From the sequence record PX021331.1: a DNA stretch of 62,144 bases, one strand, 5' to 3'. The DNA comes from a phage. The translations under genes were made by a program, and so were the position numbers. Below the pieces are notes generated by a model. The model had not been told where the DNA came from. It saw only the letters and a program-made list of their open reading frames with translations, and did no database searches. Shown here one piece after another: positions 27,901 to 36,756 of this stretch. Position 1 is the stretch's first letter; every line of letters starts with the position of its first letter.

Positions 27901-30010
27901 CGCGAACACCGCTATCCCGGCGCACGCGAACGCAGTTATTGACCAGAACAGCGGTATCGTAGACCCTACTTCACTGTCCATTAGCCCTATCAATAAGAAG
28001 GTCTACTATCGGGGTGTAACGCACCGACTGAACCTTATTATTACGCCTTCCATGCAGCAGGTAAAAGGGACGTGGAGCTTTACCCGCACCTCGGGCAGTG
28101 GCGCAGGCCCAATTCAGCTTAACGCCACCACAGGTGAGTTCACTGTCGTTGGGAGTGGAAACTTTAGCGTCAAGTTTGAAGGGACAGACACCAAAGGCGT
28201 GGCAGTAAGCGCGACGCAGACGGGCGGGGTTGCTAATGGTTATCAGGTGACCACAGTTAATCCGTCGGTCTACCCTGTCATTCCTGCTGGTGAAGCAACT
28301 TCCGTGAAGGTTAATCCTGGAGCTGAGTTCCTTGCGCAGCCTGGTCTCCGTATTGGGTTCAGCAGCAACGCACCTGATAGCAGAGCGACCGTTGATGGTA
28401 CGACTGGTGAGATCCTTACCCTGCCAGGTGGTACGTACCCGTCATCAGCTTACACTATCACGGTGAAGGTGTTCGCGTACCAGGATTTAATCTTTAGCGA
28501 GCAAGTTACTTTCCAGGTCGGGAAACCGCTTACAGGTCTTAATATTGCATGGCAACCGGCAGCGGACGCAACCTTTGACGGGAACACGTTAACAATGAAG
28601 TATCTGGAGGACTTTGCAAACTCACAGATTAACTTCGTTGTCACACCAGTGCCTAGCGATGCAGTGCGCGGAGACATTACAGTTACGTCCGCGGCACCAA
28701 CGAAGGCGAAGGTTGCAGCAAGTAGCCCAGCTGACTTTGGTGTCACGCCTGTTGCAGTGGACGTCACTGGTACAGTGTTCACGGTACGCGCGTTCAGCAA
28801 GGCTAAGACTATTACGGTCAAGACGCTGGAAGCGAGTCGCCCAACTGGCCCGGTTCCTGCTACCAGCATCCAGATCTACGAGGGTGAGACCATCAGTATG
28901 GACTACACTGGTGGGGGTGAGGACTACACCCTTCACGCGCAGGTGTTGCCTGTTGGTGCAACGGACACAAGCTATACGTGGAACTCGTCAGACACTACCG
29001 TCCTTGAAATTGCATTCGACGGTAAAGTAACGTTGAAGAAAGGTGGCACCGCTACCGTGACAGCAACGTCTACGGATGGAGGTTTCACTGACTCTATCGT
29101 TGTTACCGTTATTGACCGGACGCTCCCTGTTCCTGCGACTGGTGTTACTATAGACGAAGGTGCGTCTATTAGCTACAACTGGACTGGCGTTGCTGGTACT
29201 AACGTTCTTCATGCAACGGTTGCACCGTCCAACGCAGCTAATAAGGCGGTTACATGGTCGTCCAGCAATACATCGGTTCTGACTATCGACGCAACAACTG
29301 GCGCCGTAACCCTCGTTAAGTATGGGTCTGCGACGGTGACAGTAACTACCGCCGACGGTGGGTTTACGGACACTATTGCGGTGACGGTTGTAGACAAACG
29401 ACCTGTAACGGATGTCAGTACCGCGTCGAACTACGATTATGTCGTAGGTGGAACCAACATGCCAGCTCTGCCAATCCAGATCACACCGGCGGACGCGCAG
29501 GGTTACACCTTGGCTTACTCACTGGTCGACAGCGTGGGCGTGCCTACTACCATTGCGGGGATTACAATCAACGCCACTACAGGCGCAGTGACCATCGCAA
29601 GCGGTACAGCAGACAACAACTTCCGCGTGAAGGTACAGTTGACGGACAGCTCAGGTAATGTGGTCAGTGATTACAGCGAGGTTAAACTCTACAACCTCAG
29701 CATCACTACTGACACCATCCCGAACTCCCGTACACTGAAAGTCGGTCAAACTTATACGTTGGGCTTCACTTATGACAACGCGATTGACTTTAAATACGAC
29801 TTCGGCGGGGCTTCGATCAACGGGCCACAACCAACGTTGAGCTCTACAGCAGGTGGATCAGCTGCTAGCATGGTAACTATTAACGCTGACGGGTCTGTAA
29901 CTATCAAGTCAGACGCAACCGTCGGGACAGGTGGGAACCTTGGCAGAACGGTCACCTACTACGGGGCAACCGCGTCGGACACATCATCGTTTACGATAGT
30001 GGCGGCGTAG
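24947..30010 (+). CDS. large tail fibre protein with tandem Ig-like (Big_2-type) domains
   Basis: 1687 aa from ATG overlapping upstream stop (track start 24827 lies inside the upstream gene); large Trp/Tyr-rich N-terminal domain, then repeated Ig-like units (e.g. ...KKGGTATVTATSTDGGFTDSIVVTVID and ...KYGSATVTVTTADGGFTDTIAVTVVD). Confidence 0.7.
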   Translation: MNIQLLATRRSAITQAIALAYGHEDFLQRNTGLTIDAHVQHYLINPDGVLSNNRHFIADTMAEYQPNGDGTTEGQALLIIGHCHMYLATKDETFLNLAKQAWDAYINYFYAGQAIPTTPQRFICNWLVNSKEPVLANYPVNPTEPTQGGFKSVPLVFINGTAQIPHGAPFWGEYLDTATIAHRGHMTWEAINASVQKIKEDVDGLIDWNVVYNNWRITTGVTEPWNSQAWINWVGYLGDTYTPVWGGTDPKAKEYPVETIVAWTGNKIDPDSGDIIQSGLPEADKGKIVLRDKTINGVWLFNYATKNPVSAGGYLFARNEPWHNRPVHTPFMALKNNPPSYNQLGNAADAELWFIDACYLLWRITGETKYKRALDCCFYTAHEYTYIDSTDKYFRQSKAATTPFTDGISYDFTYPNTTLIEYGRDANGYITVAANAESQHFLEQQSVWFRVDQNAKLRTVYGGLGNAGALVGCKVMLDVSATKTEVTNPTWYGISLPKSSSMTPVQRDVSITSLALMTNPITNDDYLVADARAATDYGGCVWVEAFESGVNGDREGTIIKATFPNEDAGFIIGFWLTQDELVNPVSITYRADAQFNMRVTDDNLWRWYWMLPATNGQWATVSVSKASATLSGYQPDHPTDPAPSAPAYSRLTQITIVQDGNVANAHFDYYCVNDIPPLFNISNGWTMTYRMMLNSSEPWKAVVGDCTIIDYRLDSLAYTPGTIPFSNIYSEGSDQIGAWHGMPYPGYQYPFMYTIHKHPENYAWWFQNQIDFMFESQAAYASKVGQLGPGCAAYIWNRWDNYKYGKADTWVNYHWGDGHPWAGYQPRAYNAAARAWYELKVRGQAVPVRLQQYVENWAVWLVDFARRYPGKTPNDFPSGDVPAVWVADDFTAHMCALWLAGSAFALMAGCEVEGLEQLCEYAVKELSEGYTVTSTPGAGINGAWSPAAREGTDNGMAFGFYTGEIYRGLGMYMMYKEFGPGYNIYANTAIPAHANAVIDQNSGIVDPTSLSISPINKKVYYRGVTHRLNLIITPSMQQVKGTWSFTRTSGSGAGPIQLNATTGEFTVVGSGNFSVKFEGTDTKGVAVSATQTGGVANGYQVTTVNPSVYPVIPAGEATSVKVNPGAEFLAQPGLRIGFSSNAPDSRATVDGTTGEILTLPGGTYPSSAYTITVKVFAYQDLIFSEQVTFQVGKPLTGLNIAWQPAADATFDGNTLTMKYLEDFANSQINFVVTPVPSDAVRGDITVTSAAPTKAKVAASSPADFGVTPVAVDVTGTVFTVRAFSKAKTITVKTLEASRPTGPVPATSIQIYEGETISMDYTGGGEDYTLHAQVLPVGATDTSYTWNSSDTTVLEIAFDGKVTLKKGGTATVTATSTDGGFTDSIVVTVIDRTLPVPATGVTIDEGASISYNWTGVAGTNVLHATVAPSNAANKAVTWSSSNTSVLTIDATTGAVTLVKYGSATVTVTTADGGFTDTIAVTVVDKRPVTDVSTASNYDYVVGGTNMPALPIQITPADAQGYTLAYSLVDSVGVPTTIAGITINATTGAVTIASGTADNNFRVKVQLTDSSGNVVSDYSEVKLYNLSITTDTIPNSRTLKVGQTYTLGFTYDNAIDFKYDFGGASINGPQPTLSSTAGGSAASMVTINADGSVTIKSDATVGTGGNLGRTVTYYGATASDTSSFTIVAA
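28853..29400 (+). repeat. tandem duplicated Ig-like coding unit (~270 nt x 2, diverged) inside the fibre gene
   Basis: Two adjacent ~90-aa units with the same pattern (VPATxxxIxEGxxIS...TW(N/S)SS(D/N)T(T/S)VL(E/T)I...GGFTD(S/T)I(V/A)VTV(I/V)D). Confidence 0.5.
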
Positions 30011-30016
30011 TGCAAA

Positions 30017-30048
30017 CAAAAAGGGGGCTTCGGCCCCCTTACTTTTAG
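30017..30048. terminator. bidirectional terminator at the convergence of the two arms (stem AAGGGGGC/GCCCCCTT, TTCG loop)
   Basis: GC stem flanked by A-run on one side and T-rich run on the other, between the last plus gene (stop 30010) and the last minus gene (stop 30045). Confidence 0.6.
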
Positions 30049-30380
30049 AGTTTTGGTATTCCCTGAAACTGTTGTAAACCTGGAGCATAAGTGCGTTCCT
30101 GTCTTAGCTCAACCAACGTTTCCCGCCAGTCGTAACCTTCCAGATCACACTCACCCGCGCAACGTATTCGCCCACCAGCTACAGCCATCCACTCTTCGTC
30201 GTAATCGGTTGGACCCGTTTCAAAGATGTAGATCTTACCGTCGGGGTCAATAACAACGTAGTCCGCCCACTCTTCCACAGGTACAGGGAAACCGTACAGC
30301 TCTACGAACTGCATGTGCGGGCCTTCAACGTTAGGAATGTCATCGTCGTGACGTTCTTTATCCATACCAAGATATAACAT
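30045..30380 (-). CDS. hypothetical protein
   Basis: Internal ATG of track ORF 30045..30395 with GGGAG 8 nt upstream; acidic 111-aa protein. Confidence 0.5.
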   Translation of the reverse strand: MLYLGMDKERHDDDIPNVEGPHMQFVELYGFPVPVEEWADYVVIDPDGKIYIFETGPTDYDEEWMAVAGGRIRCAGECDLEGYDWRETLVELRQERTYAPGLQQFQGIPKL

Positions 30381-30382
30381 AG

Positions 30383-30646
30383 TCACTCCCACCATGTGAA
30401 AATGAAAGTTTCGTCTCTACGGTTCTTAACCGTTTCAACAAACGTATCCAACGGGATATTATGCTCACGCAAAAAGTTCTTGCGGAACTCAACTTGCAGA
30501 GCCCATTGGCGCTGGTACTCTTTGAAATCTTCTTCCGTCCCCAATGGGTCACGGAACGCACGTTGGCGGGCATAATGGGCTTTACCCATAAACTCCTCGA
30601 TCCCAATGTATTCTTTAAACGGTACTATAAGGACTTTACGTTGCAT
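30383..30646 (-). CDS. hypothetical protein
   Basis: ATG 6 nt inside the GTG-initiated track ORF 30383..30652, with GGAG upstream. Confidence 0.55.
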   Translation of the reverse strand: MQRKVLIVPFKEYIGIEEFMGKAHYARQRAFRDPLGTEEDFKEYQRQWALQVEFRKNFLREHNIPLDTFVETVKNRRDETFIFTWWE

Positions 30647-30648
30647 GT

Positions 30649-30825
30649 TCACTCCAGATACGTGTCGTAAATAGTAAGAGTTTGGTGTTCTTCGTGATCT
30701 CGTTTACTATAGATGACAATGTCACCGTGTTCTTCAACGAATGCAAGAAGCTCTTCCATCGTGTTTATTTCAATTGGTTCTTCCCTTTGCCAATTGGATG
30801 CCTGTTTTAACGTAAATACAGCCAT
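30649..30825 (-). CDS. small hypothetical protein (58 aa), not in ORF track
   Basis: ATG preceded by GGAGAACTAAT; encodes MAVFTLKQASNWQREEPIEINTMEELLAFVEEHGDIVIYSKRDHEEHQTLTIYDTYLE; stop overlaps the next start. Confidence 0.4.
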   Translation of the reverse strand: MAVFTLKQASNWQREEPIEINTMEELLAFVEEHGDIVIYSKRDHEEHQTLTIYDTYLE

Positions 30826-30965
30826 ATTAGTTCTCCTCTTAGGTATGAACTAACTTTAAGGGAATGCAACTAGGAATGCAAGCGGGTAATGGCGGGGCAA
30901 TATGCGGCGATTTGCGGGGTTGTGTACCCTGGCCAATGGGTATGTATTGGCCAGGGTATTTGCGC

Positions 30966-32951
30966 TTAACTGTACCCGAGTTTCTCGAGCAATTTTTCGG
31001 CTTTAGCAATGTAAGTGTCGTAGTCAATGTCGCTGGGTAGCTGGTCAACCAGTTCCATCATCGGTTTACCGCCCAAAGACTTGCCTACACGGTTGCCAGA
31101 CTTAACGATCTGGATTTCTTCCTGTGGCTCACTGCTCCAGTACCATCGCACAACTTTACCGAGCGGGACGCCACCTTGCGCAGCGCCACCCGATACTGCT
31201 TTGATACAAATGAACTTGCGAACGTCCTTACATTCTGTGATCGTTTTAGCAACTGGTGTTCCATCGATAAGGGTTTTAACGACCGCATCCATAATGATCT
31301 CACCCTCAGCGTTCTTCTGGAGACCAGTTTCGCCAAACCATCCTTTACGCTTAACCTCAATCTTACCCTTCTCGTCCGGTGCTTTGATTGCGATATAGTT
31401 GTTAACGTTTGCAGCATTAAGGCGCAGGTAGTGTGACACTTCCATCTCGAAGCGTGTCTGACCTTCCCACCACTGAATAATCTGCTCGAACAACTGTTTC
31501 TGAGCTTTCTTGTACTTAACAACGATGCCGTCCGTGTTCGCGCTGACCACATGTATTCCGTTCAGCTCGAAGGTCTCGATAAGCATAAGCAGCGAAAGCT
31601 GACCTGTCAGTGTTACCTGAATGATCAAGTGCGGTGCGTACAGGATAGAGTAAGGGTTCCCGAACTTACCATACGAACCGTTGATAACGATCTTAAGGCT
31701 GTTGGCTTTCTTTTTGTCCCCTGCACGCTTCGCAGCGATACGGGTGTCAACAATCTTCTTAAACACGTCCAGGAAGCGAATCCCGAGGTGCTCAGGGTAG
31801 AGCTGCTGGTTGATGATCGCAATCGGGTAGTAAGACGTGACGTCCGCGTCCACCATTTCTTCATCGTCATCGACAAGCTGCTGCATGGTGCTTTCACAGG
31901 AGTGCAATCCCCCGATGCCCATGTTGTAGGTTGTACCGTTGATCGTGAAGTTCAGGGTGTCCATTGTGTGCGGTTGCTTAACGTACCCGTCGTCACCAAT
32001 CTTAAACACCGCATCCCGTACAATGTCGAACACGGAATTCATTAGCGGTGTCTGGAAGCGCAGGAACGTTGGCGGGTGGAAGCGGAAACGACGTCCAACC
32101 TCTACAACTGCTTTCTGCGGCTGGTAGCCCAGGATCGCTTTCATCTCGTGCTTGATTACATCTTCTGCAATCTGCGCATCAGAGCGTGAACGCAAGTCCA
32201 CCTGATACTCCAGGCTCATTTGCTCGCGTAGCGCTATCTGCTCGTCCAGTGACAGGAACAGCTCAATAGTTGTATCCAAGTCGTTAATACAGTAGAAGCG
32301 TACGATTGCAGCTTGCTCGCGGGACAGCGCCCAGTGAGGTGGGAACGGTAAATCCTGGAGCTTCTTCATGTGCATACGGCCACCGTATTGTTTCAGTGAA
32401 CCGAAGCCAGGCGCCACCTCCTGAATATCAATGTGGTCATGCCACCACTTCTTAACCCCTACGCTCTGCAACACGTCCCACGGTGCCCACTCCTCAACGA
32501 TCATACGGTCAGCAGCGGTCTTGAGGGCGTCACATGGAGCACCAGCGCACGCCATGTAAGTTAACGTGTTATCGAAGTTCCTGGAGTTGAACCCTACGGT
32601 GCGGAAGTTTTTCATTATCCATTCGTATTTAGCGGTGTCGATGGTTTCACCCGCAAACATTTCAAGATAATAAACCTTCCTGGACTTAACCCCTTTAAAA
32701 CCGACCAGGAAATAGTTCTTATAGATTTCGATATCGTATATGAACGTTTCTTGTGCGAGGTACAGCTCAATGAGCTCACCATCGGTCATTCGTGGGTCGT
32801 TGCAAGCGAAGGCAATCGCCTCCGCTAGTCCTGGCAGGTAGTCCGGTCGCTCCCAGACCTTTTCAACTGGTTGACGCTTGATCTTTTCTTTCTTGGGTTT
32901 AGCTGCTGGTGGCAGGTCTTCCCAAAAGAAACCTATGGCGTCTTTTCTCAT
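30966..32951 (-). CDS. DNA polymerase, family A-like with 3'-5' exonuclease motif
   Basis: 661 aa; Exo I-like FIYDIEIY; motif-B-like KKKANSLKIVINGSYGKFG; motif-C-like HVVSANTDGIVV. Confidence 0.75.
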   Translation of the reverse strand: MRKDAIGFFWEDLPPAAKPKKEKIKRQPVEKVWERPDYLPGLAEAIAFACNDPRMTDGELIELYLAQETFIYDIEIYKNYFLVGFKGVKSRKVYYLEMFAGETIDTAKYEWIMKNFRTVGFNSRNFDNTLTYMACAGAPCDALKTAADRMIVEEWAPWDVLQSVGVKKWWHDHIDIQEVAPGFGSLKQYGGRMHMKKLQDLPFPPHWALSREQAAIVRFYCINDLDTTIELFLSLDEQIALREQMSLEYQVDLRSRSDAQIAEDVIKHEMKAILGYQPQKAVVEVGRRFRFHPPTFLRFQTPLMNSVFDIVRDAVFKIGDDGYVKQPHTMDTLNFTINGTTYNMGIGGLHSCESTMQQLVDDDEEMVDADVTSYYPIAIINQQLYPEHLGIRFLDVFKKIVDTRIAAKRAGDKKKANSLKIVINGSYGKFGNPYSILYAPHLIIQVTLTGQLSLLMLIETFELNGIHVVSANTDGIVVKYKKAQKQLFEQIIQWWEGQTRFEMEVSHYLRLNAANVNNYIAIKAPDEKGKIEVKRKGWFGETGLQKNAEGEIIMDAVVKTLIDGTPVAKTITECKDVRKFICIKAVSGGAAQGGVPLGKVVRWYWSSEPQEEIQIVKSGNRVGKSLGGKPMMELVDQLPSDIDYDTYIAKAEKLLEKLGYS

Positions 32952-33940
32952 ATCTTGAACCCTGCAATAACCCCGCGCATATTCTCGCCATAGAATATGA
33001 TGGGCGTGTTCATGTTTCTTGCATCCATCTCGTTAAAGCGGGATGCGTCCCATTCGGTTGCCAGACCTTTAAGTTGCAGTAAAAGATCTATGTTGTAAAC
33101 CCCGACCGTCTGGAATTCTTTAAACATAGCAGAAGCACCATCAAGCTCCACATAGTGGGTTCGAGCGAGCGCGTTCTCGATGTAGACCTTACCCATCTTA
33201 TCCGCGAACGGTTTGATCTTTTCGAGGGAATTAAATAACTCGGGGTCGATAGGGTAGCATTTTGCACCCGTCTCGGTGCGTTCAATGATCGTATCAATGT
33301 TAGGCCACTCCAGAGCTAAGAGCTGGGTACGCAACCAGCACCCGTCCGCATAGTGGAACGTCATGCTGTTAGTCGCTGCGCTGATGTGCGTAGGCGCCTT
33401 TTTAATGCGCAGAAGCTCTTTGATTGCCATGCGTGGAACAACACAATCCACAGGGAACACAGCACCGAACCAGTATTGCACGATGCTAGCGTTGTTGGTC
33501 GCGTACATGCTGCCGGCTTTCACCAGCACCCCACAAGACCATGGGCGGGACGCATCGTCGCTTATAAACGGCTGTACGCGCTCTAAACCGCTGAGGAACG
33601 CATCGCCGTTAATCTCGTACATTTCACCTTCAGGTTCAACGTGTACAGTTGGCCCCGTTAAGGTGTCCACACTAACCTTAAACCCTCCAGACTTGATGTT
33701 TAACTTCCCGTTTGCAAGCATGGTCATTTGCACCGCATCTTCACAGGCTGCGATTGCTTTGAGCATGGGCTCCGCTTTAGGAGTACAGTCAATCTGGAGA
33801 CCGATTGGGGCGCAGAGTGCTATCGTACCGTTGAACCCGCGCACGTATCCATTCTCGATACGGAAGTGGGTGAGCCCCTCCTGGAGCTCTTTACGGGCGA
33901 TAGAACCCTGCACGAAACGCAGTGCGCCAAGTAATTCCAT
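32948..33940 (-). CDS. hypothetical protein coupled to DNA polymerase (speculatively clamp-like)
   Basis: 330-aa ORF, ATGA-overlapped with polymerase start; N-terminal pattern vaguely like sliding-clamp N-termini; weak basis. Confidence 0.55.
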   Translation of the reverse strand: MELLGALRFVQGSIARKELQEGLTHFRIENGYVRGFNGTIALCAPIGLQIDCTPKAEPMLKAIAACEDAVQMTMLANGKLNIKSGGFKVSVDTLTGPTVHVEPEGEMYEINGDAFLSGLERVQPFISDDASRPWSCGVLVKAGSMYATNNASIVQYWFGAVFPVDCVVPRMAIKELLRIKKAPTHISAATNSMTFHYADGCWLRTQLLALEWPNIDTIIERTETGAKCYPIDPELFNSLEKIKPFADKMGKVYIENALARTHYVELDGASAMFKEFQTVGVYNIDLLLQLKGLATEWDASRFNEMDARNMNTPIIFYGENMRGVIAGFKI

Positions 33941-34146
33941 TATTCACCCGCGTCGATGCGACGTTGCAGTTCGTTGTCGATTTCCATCATGGTGTGGACG
34001 TAAGCGCTGGAGGCTTGACTTAAATTCTGACGCAGGGTTGCCGCCGGTGCTTCGTTTTGCAGTGCTGCCGCAAGGTTGTCACAAGCTGCTTTCAGACGTT
34101 CATACATCTCTTTAGTTGTCATAGTTGTCATAATTACCTCAGTCAA
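33940..34146 (-). CDS. small hypothetical protein (68 aa)
   Basis: ORF overlapping both neighbours; helical, acidic. Confidence 0.5.
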   Translation of the reverse strand: MTEVIMTTMTTKEMYERLKAACDNLAAALQNEAPAATLRQNLSQASSAYVHTMMEIDNELQRRIDAGE

Positions 34147-35089
34147 ATAGGTCGTGAAGACGTTCGTTGAATTTCCCGTTGTGGTTAGCTAAGATCATAG
34201 CGTTGACCACACCATACGCCCACAAGTTATACGCCGCACGACTTTCATATATGGTCGATAAGCGCTCGTAGGTGAAACCGTTCTCTTCCAAATACCTTAA
34301 AACGTTGTCTTGCTCGGTTTCCGAAAGATTACAAATGTGCTGCCCTTGGGCGTGTCTTGAAGGAGATTTTTCAGAGACTTGCATTGGTCCCCATCGAGGT
34401 GTCTCAATAGCACCGAAAGCAGCGCTTTGAATCCATGAGGATGAGTCGCAGGAATACCATGGATATCTTTCCATAAGAGGTCGGGAGGTAATACCAAATC
34501 CATGGACTTTGATTTTAGCTCGTCCGCTTCCGTCCACCAGATGTTTATCCCATACTCGATCCAACCATACCTGGAGCTGTTGCGTAGACGCGCCAACAAG
34601 CCCTCCAAGAGTGATATAGTCATAGTTGGCGACGTAGTGATCGAGGTACTCAAATGGCTCATTGGCGTGGAAGCAAGGGAGGGGTCTAACTCCTCGAAGT
34701 TCCATTTCCTGCTGGTTACGCCAAGTTTGCAAGGGGTCTCCGATTCCATCAAGGACTGACGCCATAACGTTTCCATCTTCAATCCTAATGATGTCGCGGT
34801 TTCGTTCGATGTAAGCGCAATACTCTTTAACGGAGAGGGTAACTCCCAATGTATAGGCGGAGAAGGCTCCACTATCGAGGAATATCTGTGCCCCATCAGC
34901 TCGCATGGCGTCAACGAAAGACTGCTTTCCGACGTAATGCCACGATTCGAGGATGTTGGGAATATTGCGCACGAGATTTTGTTCATGCTCAGTGAGTTTG
35001 ACATAACGGTTCATGCCCGGTTTGTAGCTGTTCGTATAAACAGCAGCCATATAGATTTGGAAGGTGTAATCACATTCCGCTTTATACAT
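34139..35089 (-). CDS. dpdA: DpdA-like 7-deazaguanine DNA transglycosylase (TGT superfamily)
   Basis: 316 aa from ATG with GGAG upstream (track ORF extends to 35137); FLDSGAFS motif at the position of the TGT/DpdA catalytic Asp; adjacent to folE/queD/queE/queC. Confidence 0.7.
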   Translation of the reverse strand: MYKAECDYTFQIYMAAVYTNSYKPGMNRYVKLTEHEQNLVRNIPNILESWHYVGKQSFVDAMRADGAQIFLDSGAFSAYTLGVTLSVKEYCAYIERNRDIIRIEDGNVMASVLDGIGDPLQTWRNQQEMELRGVRPLPCFHANEPFEYLDHYVANYDYITLGGLVGASTQQLQVWLDRVWDKHLVDGSGRAKIKVHGFGITSRPLMERYPWYSCDSSSWIQSAAFGAIETPRWGPMQVSEKSPSRHAQGQHICNLSETEQDNVLRYLEENGFTYERLSTIYESRAAYNLWAYGVVNAMILANHNGKFNERLHDLFD

Positions 35090-35417
35090 CTTTCTGCTCC
35101 GGTTGCTTGACATGTTTCTCAAGTTCGGAGTGATCAAACTCAGCTTCGCTATCGCTGGTGATCAGACCGGCGTTCTTTAACCATTTCAGCATCACACGCT
35201 GACCAATGCTGATCGCATCCACCGGAGTAGGCCACTTAACCTGCTTCGCTTTGATACCGGGCACCAGCATCACAATCTTATATCGGTTCGGGTCGTCCTT
35301 GCGCCCCATACCATCGAAGGCAACGAACGCAACCTTAACAGTTCCCATCATCAGGGAATAGCTAGGTTGAGACCAGCCCTGAGCCGGGCTATAAATCCAC
35401 TTCAGTTTAACTAACAT
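35082..35417 (-). CDS. hypothetical protein inside the deazaguanine cluster
   Basis: 111 aa from ATG with GGAG 8 nt upstream (track ORF 35082..35498); stop overlaps dpdA start. Confidence 0.55.
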   Translation of the reverse strand: MLVKLKWIYSPAQGWSQPSYSLMMGTVKVAFVAFDGMGRKDDPNRYKIVMLVPGIKAKQVKWPTPVDAISIGQRVMLKWLKNAGLITSDSEAEFDHSELEKHVKQPEQKDV

Positions 35418-35475
35418 TGGAAATCTCCAAATACGAAAGCACCCCGCTATTATAACGAGCGAGGTGCTTTGATTG

Positions 35476-35598
35476 CTACAGTACGAGCCACGCGACAACC
35501 GCTACAGCAGCGATCCACCGAACGGCTTTCCACATCTTAGCGCCTTCGGTATAAGCCGGATTAACGGTCGTGTACTCTACAACGTATTTATTAGACAT
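35476..35598 (-). CDS. very small membrane-anchored ORF (40 aa), tentative
   Basis: ATG preceded by GGAGG; encodes MSNKYVVEYTTVNPAYTEGAKMWKAVRWIAAVAVVAWLVL (C-terminal TM helix); coordinates hand-counted. Confidence 0.3.
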   Translation of the reverse strand: MSNKYVVEYTTVNPAYTEGAKMWKAVRWIAAVAVVAWLVL

Positions 35599-35662
35599 GT
35601 TAAAGTCCTCCAGTGGGTATAAATTAACTATACACTAGAGGACTTTTAATGCAACTAGATAA

Positions 35663-36259
35663 TTACGCCTTGTGGCACAGGGCCAGGAACTCCGCGCGGG
35701 TCTGCGGCTCGTCCTTTATCGCGCCGCGGAGAGCAGTCGTAACAGTGTGGTGACCGTGTTGACACACTCCGCGAGACTCCATGCACATATGACGAGCTGT
35801 AATATACACCCCAACCCCAACAGGCTCGAGATGTTCCTGAATTGCATCTGCGATATTGTTGGTAAGCCGCTCTTGAACCTGTAGACGTCGTGCAAAGGCA
35901 TCCACAACACGATTGAGCTTACTAAGGCCGACAATGCGCCCGGATGGAATGTAGGCAACAGTAGCGTGGCCAAAAATGTCGGCCATGTGATGCTCACATT
36001 TGCTATAAAAAGGAATACGTACAACCGCCACCATCTGATCCGCACCTTCTGCCCCATCTTCGAACACCTTAAAGAGCCCAGGGATATCAACAGCGTAACC
36101 GCCAAACCAGTGTTCAAACGCTTTCGCAACACGGATTGGAGTTTCAAGCAAGCCCGGGCGCAGTGGGGCATCGCTATCGCCAGATTCAATAATACCCAGG
36201 ATCTCTTCCATGCGATTTGCAATCTGGGCGCGGTTCAATGCTTTATCCGTTTCGTTCAT
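35663..36259 (-). CDS. folE: GTP cyclohydrolase I
   Basis: Conserved FYSKCEHHMADIFGHATVAYIP (CEHH zinc motif) and family-typical length; start set at ATG that is ATGA-coupled to the queD stop (track start 36280 is an alternative). Confidence 0.85.
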   Translation of the reverse strand: MNETDKALNRAQIANRMEEILGIIESGDSDAPLRPGLLETPIRVAKAFEHWFGGYAVDIPGLFKVFEDGAEGADQMVAVVRIPFYSKCEHHMADIFGHATVAYIPSGRIVGLSKLNRVVDAFARRLQVQERLTNNIADAIQEHLEPVGVGVYITARHMCMESRGVCQHGHHTVTTALRGAIKDEPQTRAEFLALCHKA

Positions 36260-36756
36260 TTCGTGTATCCTACGTGACATTTAGAGGTTTCTTCAATGAC
36301 GCATTTTACCAGCTTCACACCATGTTCGGCAAGAAGCTGAGGGCCGACAACTTCGACCATATGCGCCGCCAGGTTTTCAGCGGTAGGATTGAACGGCAGT
36401 GAGACCATAGACGAGAACCAGTGCGGGCTTTCATCAATTTCGTTCGGTTCGTTTGCAATCAACATACCGATAGCGCGGATCAGCTCGTCCTCTTCCCAAT
36501 GCAAGAACTTATGATCCCAATTGTCTTCCAGCCACTGGCAGAGCGTAGTCTTAACCACACTGAAGTCAATCACGCGGCCAACATCGTCCAGGTCGGTTTC
36601 TTTGAACCCGTCTTTAGCGTGCTGGTGGATCTGGTCCGCTTCAACATGGAAGTGGAATTTGTAGTTGTGTCCGTGCAGGTGACGGCACTTGCTCTCATGG
36701 CCAACTACACGGTGGCCAGCGCAGATTTCATGCGAACGGATTACTTCATACGGCAT
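36256..36756 (-). CDS. queD: 6-carboxy-5,6,7,8-tetrahydropterin synthase (QueD-like)
   Basis: 166 aa from ATG with GGAG upstream; CxxxHGH motif (CRHLHGHNY) of the PTPS/QueD family. Confidence 0.8.
   Translation of the reverse strand: MPYEVIRSHEICAGHRVVGHESKCRHLHGHNYKFHFHVEADQIHQHAKDGFKETDLDDVGRVIDFSVVKTTLCQWLEDNWDHKFLHWEEDELIRAIGMLIANEPNEIDESPHWFSSMVSLPFNPTAENLAAHMVEVVGPQLLAEHGVKLVKCVIEETSKCHVGYTK

Noticed and set aside
33363-34115. 250-aa plus-strand ORF opposite the 330-aa and 68-aa minus-strand genes
   Set aside because: Antisense shadow ORF within a tightly coupled minus-strand operon; no SD.
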